The translations under genes were made by a program, and so were the position numbers. The notes beneath the pieces were generated by a model that saw nothing but the letters and a program-made list of their open reading frames with translations, was not told the origin of the DNA and searched no databases. A DNA stretch of 52,288 nucleotides, from the sequence record DRR723986_9343; one strand, written 5' to 3'. Below are positions 10,970 through 18,293 of this stretch, one piece after another; position 1 is the stretch's first letter, and each line of letters begins with the position of its first letter.

Positions 10970-12652
10970 TTGTTGCGATTCAGTCACTGCTTGTTGGCAC
11001 TCGTGTGCACAGCCCAAGTTGCGTTCACGTCAGCGGTTGCCGCTGCAGGCGAGACGGGCGATTCTTCCAGGTCGCCGCGACCAAACATTATCGTGATCTT
11101 GGTCGACGATATGGGCTACTCGGACGTCGGTTGCTATGGAGGTGAGATTGAAACTCCAAACATTGATGCGCTGGCTTCAGGCGGGCTCCGATTCACGCAG
11201 TTTTATAATTCTGGAAGATGTTGCCCAACGCGAGCCAGTTTGATGACTGGATTGCATCCGCATCAGGTCGGTATTGGTCACATGACTGAACCGCCAGAAC
11301 AGCCGCTTGGATTTGATGGAGCCTATCAGGGATACCTAAACGACAAGTGTACGACCATCGCCGAAGTTCTCCGCGGTGCGGGTTATCGAACGCTGATGAC
11401 CGGCAAGTGGCATTTGGGGTACAATCGTCGAGACTGTTGGCCTCTGCAGCGTGGGTTTGAAAAGTTCTACGGCTGCTTGGCTGGTGGCTTCAACTATTTT
11501 CACCCGGATGGCAATCGCGGGATCTATGAGGGCAATACGCCCGTCGAGGTTGGTGACGATTTCTACGCAACCGACACGCTTACTGACGTAGCATGCCAGT
11601 ACATCGAAGAACTGGAATCGGATGATGACAGTCCATTTTTTCTCTACTTGGCCTACAACGCTCCGCACTGGCCATTGAATAGTAAATGGGAAGAGTTTCA
11701 GAAATACCGTGGAAAGTATCGAGGCGGCTGGGATGAACTGATTCAATCGCGTTGGAAAAGGCAGCAGGAACTGGGGCTGTTCAACGACGTGACGCCGGCC
11801 ATTCATGAAGGCCCCGAATGGAGTAGCCTTAACAAAAAGCAACGCGACCGGCTTGATGCTGTCATGGCAGCGTACGCTGGGTGCATCGATTCGATAGATC
11901 AGAACGTTGGCAAGCTTGTCGCCAAGTTGGAAGTTGCTGGCGAGCTGGATAACACTCTGATCTGCTTCCTGAGTGACAATGGCTCTTGCCAGGAAGGCGG
12001 TACACTCGGCAGGGGCGATGAGGCGATGGTGAAGAATCCGCCCGGCGGTGTCGCTGGTGTTCGGCTTGGACGCGCCTGGGCCGGGGCAAGCAACACTCCT
12101 TTCCGGCTGTATAAGCATTTCGTCCACGAGGGCGGAGCGTCGACTCCAATGATCGCTCACTGGCCAAGCGGGATTCCTAAAGCTAAAGATGGCGGCTTTG
12201 TTAGGCAGTTCGCTTACTTGCCCGATTTCATGGCTACATTCATTGAACTATCCGGAGCGGAGTATCCCGCTGAACTTCCTAGTCCGGTCGGAAACTCCTT
12301 CGCACATGTGCTCAACGGAAGCGACGATCCGATTCATGAAAGTGCTATTTACTGGGAGCATGAAGGCAACGCAGCAATGCGTGACGGCGATTTCAAACTG
12401 GTGCGTGAGTACAACAAGCCGTGGGAGCTATTTAACCTCGCTGAAGATCGTACTGAAATGGTGAATCTGGCAACGGCAATGCCCGATCGCCGCGACGCGA
12501 TGGTCGCCGCCTGGGAGGCATGGGCCAGCGAAAATGATGTCGCGTTCCCAAAGCGATTCAATATGTACGAATACTTAAAGAAGAAAGACGATCCTGGCAA
12601 GAAAGCGGACGCGAAAAAAAACGCATCGGCTGCCGGAGTTATAAAGAAATAG
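10970..12652 (+). CDS. Arylsulfatase (formylglycine-dependent, AtsA-like)
   Basis: PNIIVILVDDMGYSD, CCPTRASLMTG (CxPxR), MTGKWHLG, YNAPHWP, FLSDNG, YKHFVHEGG. GAGGAG at 10958-10963 supports a TTG start at 10970. Confidence 0.92.
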   Translation: MLRFSHCLLALVCTAQVAFTSAVAAAGETGDSSRSPRPNIIVILVDDMGYSDVGCYGGEIETPNIDALASGGLRFTQFYNSGRCCPTRASLMTGLHPHQVGIGHMTEPPEQPLGFDGAYQGYLNDKCTTIAEVLRGAGYRTLMTGKWHLGYNRRDCWPLQRGFEKFYGCLAGGFNYFHPDGNRGIYEGNTPVEVGDDFYATDTLTDVACQYIEELESDDDSPFFLYLAYNAPHWPLNSKWEEFQKYRGKYRGGWDELIQSRWKRQQELGLFNDVTPAIHEGPEWSSLNKKQRDRLDAVMAAYAGCIDSIDQNVGKLVAKLEVAGELDNTLICFLSDNGSCQEGGTLGRGDEAMVKNPPGGVAGVRLGRAWAGASNTPFRLYKHFVHEGGASTPMIAHWPSGIPKAKDGGFVRQFAYLPDFMATFIELSGAEYPAELPSPVGNSFAHVLNGSDDPIHESAIYWEHEGNAAMRDGDFKLVREYNKPWELFNLAEDRTEMVNLATAMPDRRDAMVAAWEAWASENDVAFPKRFNMYEYLKKKDDPGKKADAKKNASAAGVIKK

Positions 12653-12725
12653 GTGCTGTCTCGATGAAGAACAAGAGTCAAGGCTCTGAAGCGTTCCGAT
12701 TGCTCGCTCCCCCACGAGGCCAGCG

Positions 12726-13442
12726 ATGAGTGAAGCGGCCGAACAAAATGACGAAGTGCGGGCAACCAATGGCACGCATTTTACCGCCGAGCCGCTGCGT
12801 GGATACGACTCGCCGGCTGGGGAGGACGAGCTAACGCGCGCCTCGGAGGAATTCTATAAATTGGCAAGTCGCCGGCGTTCGGTTCGAGATTTTTCTCCTG
12901 AGCCAATTCCAGAGGCTGTCATTCGCAATTGCATTGCAGCGGCGGGCTCGGCGCCCAGTGGAGCCAACTTGCAGCCCTGGCATTTTGCTGCGGTCAGTTC
13001 ATCGGAAACCAAGCGGAAGATCCGAATCGCGGCGGAGGCAGAAGAGCAAGAATTCTATAACAATCGCGCGCCTCGGGAGTGGTTAGATGCACTTCGCGCG
13101 TTGGGCACAACAGAGAAGAAACCATTCTTGGAAATAGCCCCCTGGTTGATCGCGGTCTTCGCTCGAAGCCATGGTCTGACCGACTCGGGCGAAACGGTGA
13201 AGCACTACTATGTATCGGAGTCGGTTGGCATTGCGACTGGGGTGTTGATCTCTGCCCTCAATCACTGCGGCATCGCGACCCTAACACATACACCCAGCCC
13301 GATGCGGTTTTTGAATGAGATCGTTGGTCGTCCTGCCAATGAACGCCCTTTCCTGCTTCTCGTTGCTGGCTATCCAGTTGAGGGTTGTACCGTCCCAAAC
13401 ATCACACGCCACCCTGTCGACGACATCAGCAGTTTCCATTGA
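12726..13442 (+). CDS. Nitroreductase superfamily, iodotyrosine deiodinase (IYD)-like
   Basis: RRSVRDFS, SAPSGANLQPWHF, IRIAAEAEEQEFY, EWLDALRALGT, KPFLEIAPWLI, ESVGIATG, LTHTP, GRPANERPFLLLVAGYP. Confidence 0.85.
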   Translation: MSEAAEQNDEVRATNGTHFTAEPLRGYDSPAGEDELTRASEEFYKLASRRRSVRDFSPEPIPEAVIRNCIAAAGSAPSGANLQPWHFAAVSSSETKRKIRIAAEAEEQEFYNNRAPREWLDALRALGTTEKKPFLEIAPWLIAVFARSHGLTDSGETVKHYYVSESVGIATGVLISALNHCGIATLTHTPSPMRFLNEIVGRPANERPFLLLVAGYPVEGCTVPNITRHPVDDISSFH

Positions 13443-13601
13443 GCTAAAGATTCGAGCCCACGGAAACCGAACTTGCCTATACGACCGAAAAAGGACTGCA
13501 TATTTTTCGGTTCGAAAGTAATTCGCGTAGCCGATCCTACCTGCTTGTAACGCAGCCAGCTTCGCGTAAAATGTTGCGACGAGATAATCGTGACCAACGT
13601 C

Positions 13602-13686
13602 GGATGGGTGGCAGAGTGGTCGATTGCGGTGGTCTTGAAAACCATTGTACCGAGAGGTACCGGGGGTTCGAATCCCTCCCCATCCG
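13602..13686 (+). tRNA. tRNA-Ser (anticodon TGA), CCA not encoded
   Basis: Acceptor stem GGATGGG/CCCATCC with discriminator G, D-arm GCAGAGTGGTCGATTGC, anticodon arm GTGGT-CTTGAAA-ACCAT, long variable arm GTACC-GAGA-GGTAC, T-loop TTCGAAT. Confidence 0.95.
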
Positions 13687-13882
13687 CACTTTTTCTTATC
13701 GAAGTGCCAATTGAGATGTCGACGCTCGGCAGCGATTTGCCCGTCCCGCAGACGTCTTGCTAGTTCGCCAATGCGTGGCTTCGTTTGGTCCAAAATGCCC
13801 TTCTAGTGCCTCAGGCTTGGCCACGCTGCTAAGCTAAGGAAGCTTCGAATCCAACCCGTGTAACTCCTCCGGAAGTCCTGAA

Positions 13883-14509
13883 GTGAGTACTACAACCGCG
13901 GTCCAGCATCCCCTGATTCTGCACCATCTCTCGATTCTGCGTGATAAACAAACGCCGCCAGCACTTTTTCGGCAGCAGGTGCAAAGGCTGGCTTCATTAA
14001 TCGCGTTCGCAGCAACGGAAGACTTGGAAGTTGAAAGCACACCGATCGAGACGCCGATGGTCAAGACCGATGGACGCCGAATCAAGTCAACTGTCGGGTT
14101 GGTTCCCATCTTGAGAGCCGGACTCGGAATGGTCGAGCCGCTGCAGGATTTACTGCCCGACGCCGAAGTTTGGCACTTGGGGATGTACCGTGATGAAGCG
14201 ACCAGCCAACCGGTCGAATATTACAGCAAGTTGCCGCCGGGACGTCCCTGCGAGGTTGCGTTCGTCTTGGATCCTATGTTGGCTACGGGCGGTAGTCTCG
14301 TTTCCGCAATCGAAGCATTGCAAAAGTGGGGATGTCCAGACATTCGTGTATTGAGTTTAATCGCATCGGAGCCGGGAACACGCCGTATGGCGGAAGAGCA
14401 TCCTGATGTAAAGATTTATGTTGCCGCAATTGATCCAGAGTTGAACGACGTGAATTTCATTGTTCCTGGACTAGGTGATGCTGGCGACCGGATTTTCAAC
14501 ACTCCCTGA
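13883..14509 (+). CDS. upp: Uracil phosphoribosyltransferase
   Basis: HPLILHHLSILRD, LVPILRAGLGM, MYRDEAT, VLDPMLATGGS, FIVPGLGDAGDRIFNT. Confidence 0.96.
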   Translation: MSTTTAVQHPLILHHLSILRDKQTPPALFRQQVQRLASLIAFAATEDLEVESTPIETPMVKTDGRRIKSTVGLVPILRAGLGMVEPLQDLLPDAEVWHLGMYRDEATSQPVEYYSKLPPGRPCEVAFVLDPMLATGGSLVSAIEALQKWGCPDIRVLSLIASEPGTRRMAEEHPDVKIYVAAIDPELNDVNFIVPGLGDAGDRIFNTP

Positions 14510-14792
14510 TTCTTTGCAGTGGGGATTCTTTGCGTAGGGCGTGGCATTTCGATCGTACGCCAAAGTAGCTCAAAGCTTTGGATTGGAGTACGTGGTCGTT
14601 CGTAATTAGAACGGTGGTGCGCCCTGTAATCGAAGTCCGCAGGTTAAGCCTGCATGCTGGCAACTACGATCTTTTTCACCGACTGGGAATGCAGCGCCTA
14701 GCACCCAGGAAAACGCGGCCGTTTAATGTCGGTAGAGTGGACTTTCCTGCAGATGGTGCTCGGCCCAGATTTGCTTGGCCTGAGGCACGAAA

Positions 14793-15242
14793 TTGGTTTG
14801 GGAGTTGATTGGTGTGAGCAGAATCAAGTGTGCTACGCAATTGGCGTTCCTCCTGTTAATTGGCATAGTGCCACTTTCGGGGTGTACCGAGGGCTTACCT
14901 GACATGCCCGACGCAAATTCTGGCGGTGGCGCTACGGTTTCGAGTGGTTGGCTAGGGATCCCTTCGGCAGTTAACAAAGTTATTGTCTTCATCCACGATG
15001 GCACTGGGATGCTGCTTCACAGAAGCGAGGTGGACATCAAGAAGCTTGGGGACGTCGAACAGGTAGATGGCGGTTGGCAGGCCGAATTCTCAATTAAGGT
15101 GGAGTACGGCGGTGAGTCGTTTGAGACGTCGGCGAAAGGCGTGCCATGCGATGAGCTGGGGATCCCGACCGAGGATTCAGTAGATTTGCTGAGGAATGCC
15201 GTCGAAGAGATCAAAGACAAAATGTCCAGGATGCAGCTCTAG
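14793..15242 (+). CDS. Hypothetical lipoprotein
   Basis: Hydrophobic stretch LAFLLLIGIVP followed by lipobox-like LSGC; start codon uncertain. Confidence 0.6.
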   Translation: MVWELIGVSRIKCATQLAFLLLIGIVPLSGCTEGLPDMPDANSGGGATVSSGWLGIPSAVNKVIVFIHDGTGMLLHRSEVDIKKLGDVEQVDGGWQAEFSIKVEYGGESFETSAKGVPCDELGIPTEDSVDLLRNAVEEIKDKMSRMQL

Positions 15243-15408
15243 GCTGTTTTGCCCTGCTTTGGCGCGGGGGGCCGCCTTTATCGCAATTAACAGGCGAGGA
15301 AAGCTCCCATCTGATTACCTTCCTGGTAAACTATGACGCTTGTAGTGTTTGCAGCGGCTATTCGGCTGCTGCTTGCGAGGTCCATTATGTTTACCAGGAG
15401 CTGGCTCC

Positions 15409-17043
15409 ATGCCACGTCTGCTCAAGTTGGCCGGTTGTACGCTGGCCTCTGTATCGCTCGTTTCGGTCACAAATGCCGATGATACAAAGGTTTTACCGCC
15501 TCATTCTCAGGGGCAAACGGTCTTAATCTCCAGCGGCATTGAAGGCCTACAGCCGGCTATCCAGCCTGCAGTAGCCCAGCCTGCAGTGACTCAGGCAGTT
15601 AGCCAACCCAAGGCGACTCAACCTAGCAGGGTCGTTGTTCGCGATGTCAGCATTGTCGCCAGGGCGCAGCAGAAGCCAGCGACTGTGGCGAAAGTAACTG
15701 AGGTTGCAGCACAGCAGCAACGCCGGCAAACGATTCGCGAACAGTTGCCGCCGAAGCCACCTCGCCCACCGCAGCCCCAGCAACAGACCAAGGGCGGCCC
15801 CAAGACAACCAAGATGGCAACTCCACGAGGTCGGGTGACCGATCGAGCTCCAGCCAATCGGCCCGCTCCGCAAGGATTGCGTTCTGCAGCAGGCCCCCGC
15901 GGTACCGCACGTCCGCAAACTGACCGACGTCCCGGCGACCGTCGCCCCAATCAGGGACGCGTACAGGCACAATCTAGGCCTGTGCCACAGAAGGACAGTC
16001 ACGACCATGCACACGGTGACCACGCCCATGGTGACCACGATCACGCGCACGGCGATCACGCGCACGGCGATCATGGGCACGGTGACCACGATCATGGTCA
16101 CGTCCATCATGATGCGGAAGTAAAGCGGAACGTCGTTGTCCGTGGCCGCGCACAAGGAATGAAGGCTGGAAGCGAAGAACGTCAAATTCGCGTTGAGGTT
16201 CGAGCTGAAAGCAAGAGCGAGGGCGAAGCTGTCGCAAGCCTTGATTCGCTGATGAAGATGGACGTTGTACGTGAGTACATTGAACTCCGCAGTCAAATCC
16301 TAGAATTGGAAGCGAAGCTAAAAGTCGCCAGCATTGAACACAAGGCTGAGATGGAGATTCAGCGCTTGAAGCTGGATCGTCGTGCCGCCGAATTGGAAGA
16401 CTACCAAGACGAATTGAAGAGAGCTGGCAGGGAGTTGGAGGAGCATGCCCGCGAAATGGAACATCGTGAGCGTGAGCTTGAAAAGCACGAAAACGAGTTG
16501 TCCGTGCATGAGCATGAGATTTCGGAGCATGCGGAGCGTCACGAGCAAGCTGTCGTGCGTGCAGAGCAAAAGTTGCGTGAAGTCATTGAGCAGGTTGAGC
16601 ATCTTGAAGCCGAGAAGGGGGAAATGGGCAAAGCCATCCGCCAGCGCGAGGAAAAGTTGCATGCCGTTAGCAAACTGCTTGAACAAGAAAAGAAGCGGAC
16701 CGCTGAAATGGCTCGCAAGTTCGAAGGTGCTCAGGTTCAATTGGACCGTTACAAAGCGATGAAGTCGGAGCTGCAGGCTGCGATGAAGAAAGAGGTCCAG
16801 GCGATCACTAAGAAGTACGAACAGCGTGCGGCCGATTCCGAGCTGAATGCAAAACGCGCCGCTGAGGCTCAGCATCGCCTTCGAGCGCTCGAAGCTCAAC
16901 TGAAGAGCAAGCAGCGTGAGGTGGAGAAAGTTGCGGCTGAAAAGAAAAAGGCTGCAGCCGAGAAGAAGGCCGCAGCAGAGAAGAAGAAAGCCGAAGAGAA
17001 GAAGCGACGATCCAAGAAAAAGGGCGACGGCAAGAAGGACTAG
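15409..17043 (+). CDS. Secreted protein with Pro/Gln/Arg-rich region, His-rich repeat and long coiled coil
   Basis: AGGAG upstream of ATG 15409, signal-peptide-like MPRLLKLAGCTLASVSLVSVTNA, HDHAHGD repeats, E/K/R/L heptad-rich C-terminal half and Lys-rich tail. Confidence 0.8.
   Translation: MPRLLKLAGCTLASVSLVSVTNADDTKVLPPHSQGQTVLISSGIEGLQPAIQPAVAQPAVTQAVSQPKATQPSRVVVRDVSIVARAQQKPATVAKVTEVAAQQQRRQTIREQLPPKPPRPPQPQQQTKGGPKTTKMATPRGRVTDRAPANRPAPQGLRSAAGPRGTARPQTDRRPGDRRPNQGRVQAQSRPVPQKDSHDHAHGDHAHGDHDHAHGDHAHGDHGHGDHDHGHVHHDAEVKRNVVVRGRAQGMKAGSEERQIRVEVRAESKSEGEAVASLDSLMKMDVVREYIELRSQILELEAKLKVASIEHKAEMEIQRLKLDRRAAELEDYQDELKRAGRELEEHAREMEHRERELEKHENELSVHEHEISEHAERHEQAVVRAEQKLREVIEQVEHLEAEKGEMGKAIRQREEKLHAVSKLLEQEKKRTAEMARKFEGAQVQLDRYKAMKSELQAAMKKEVQAITKKYEQRAADSELNAKRAAEAQHRLRALEAQLKSKQREVEKVAAEKKKAAAEKKAAAEKKKAEEKKRRSKKKGDGKKD
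15999..16112 (+). repeat. Degenerate in-frame tandem repeat encoding HDHAHGDHAHGDHDHAHGDHAHGDHGHGDHDHGHVHH
   Basis: Repeated CACGGTGACCAC / CACGGCGATCAC units, including an exact duplication of GATCACGCGCACGGC. Confidence 0.85.
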
Positions 17044-17075
17044 TTCTGCTGTAAAATCTAATCTGGAATTGCACG

Positions 17076-17108
17076 AGGTCGCCGGTTAAGCTGGCGGCCT
17101 TGTTTTTT
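17076..17108 (+). terminator. Rho-independent terminator
   Basis: AGGTCGCCGG-ttaag-CTGGCGGCCT stem (two G-U pairs) followed by TGTTTTTT, 32 bp after the stop at 17043. Confidence 0.7.
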
Positions 17109-17131
17109 GCACTGACATCGGAACTCTGCAC

Positions 17132-18175
17132 ATGCGAACCAATCATACCATTTTGGTTACCGGCGGCGCAGGGTTCATTGGAAGCCACTTGGTGACGGCT
17201 CTTCTTGAACAGAAGAAGCATGTCGTGTGTCTCGACAAATTGACTTACGCGGCAATCGCACCGCAGATCGACTCCGCCGACATCGATCTAGAGGTCGGAG
17301 ACATTTGCGACGCGGAAACCGTATCAACGGCACTGCGCAAATACGGCCCCGCGCAGATCGTTCATCTCGCTGCAGAGACCCACGTTGACCGGAGTATCGA
17401 TGCTCCGAGGGCATTCACACGGACAAACGTCTTCGGGACTCAAGTGTTGCTCGACGCGACATTGGACTACTGGAGAGAGCTAGACGCTACCTTGAAGCAA
17501 GATTTTCGCTTCGTCTACGTTTCCACCGATGAAGTATATGGTTCAATTCCGGTTGGTTCCGCAGCCGAGGATGCGACGCTTCTTCCGAATTCGCCATACG
17601 CAGCTAGCAAGGCGGCCGCGGATCACTTCGTGCGAGCCTACCAGGTTACCTTCGGGCTTCCGACCGTGACGCTGCGAACAACAAACAACTACGGACCGAG
17701 GCAGTTTCCTGAAAAGCTTATACCACTGATGCTTCTGAGTGCTATCCAGGGGCGTCGACTTCCGGTTTATGGGCAGGGGACGCAGCGGCGGTGCTGGCTG
17801 CACGTTGAAGATCATGTGCAGGGAATTCTTTCCGCACTCAAGCATGGTTCGAGCGGCTCGGTCTACAATCTGGGCTCTGCAGAAGAGAAAGATAACCTGC
17901 AAGTCGTCCAAGAACTCTGTGCAGTCGTCGATCGACTGCTACCGGAGGTCAACAATAGCCAGCGTCTGATTGAGTTCGTGCAGGACCGTCCGGGGCACGA
18001 CTTTCGGTATTGTGTAGACGATACGAAGGCGACTGCGGAACTCGGTTGGAAACCGAAAATACCCTTCGAGCAAGGGCTTGAGCAGACTGTTGCTTGGTAC
18101 TTGAGTAATCAAGAATGGGTTGCGGCGGTTTGTCAGAAAAGTGGCTATCGTGGTGGACGACTTGGAGCTCGATGA
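17132..18175 (+). CDS. rfbB: dTDP-glucose 4,6-dehydratase
   Basis: ILVTGGAGFIGS, DKLTYA, HLAAETHVDRSI, VSTDEVYG, PNSPYAASKA, NNYGPRQFPEKLIP, DRPGHDFRY. Confidence 0.95.
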   Translation: MRTNHTILVTGGAGFIGSHLVTALLEQKKHVVCLDKLTYAAIAPQIDSADIDLEVGDICDAETVSTALRKYGPAQIVHLAAETHVDRSIDAPRAFTRTNVFGTQVLLDATLDYWRELDATLKQDFRFVYVSTDEVYGSIPVGSAAEDATLLPNSPYAASKAAADHFVRAYQVTFGLPTVTLRTTNNYGPRQFPEKLIPLMLLSAIQGRRLPVYGQGTQRRCWLHVEDHVQGILSALKHGSSGSVYNLGSAEEKDNLQVVQELCAVVDRLLPEVNNSQRLIEFVQDRPGHDFRYCVDDTKATAELGWKPKIPFEQGLEQTVAWYLSNQEWVAAVCQKSGYRGGRLGAR

Positions 18176-18293
18176 CCGTCAAGAGCTTCCGTCGCAGGCG
18201 ATGGTTTGGGGGGGCTGCGTTCGATAAACGTGTTGGTGCAGCTCGGTGCAAATCCTTCCCGGTCGTGTGGATTCATCTGTCGAGGAGATGACT

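Noticed and set aside
11336-12160. 274-aa minus-strand ORF
   Set aside because: Lies entirely antisense within the arylsulfatase and has no motifs.
13281-13793. Minus-strand ORFs (170 aa and 91 aa) spanning the tRNA
   Set aside because: They overlap the tRNA and the end of the IYD-like gene; WGGIRTP is the typical translation of an antisense tRNA.
13602-13883. tRNA-Ser as a genomic-island integration site
   Set aside because: No integrase nearby, no duplicate of the tRNA 3' end noticed, and the next gene is housekeeping upp.
15999-16112. Possible CRISPR-like repeat array
   Set aside because: The repeats are in-frame coding units without unique spacers, and no cas genes are present. The same applies to the repeat at 23928-23980.
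15547-16899. 249-aa and 193-aa minus-strand hydrophobic ORFs that look like membrane proteins
   Set aside because: The hydrophobicity is the mirror image of His/Glu/Lys codons on the coding strand of the coiled-coil gene.
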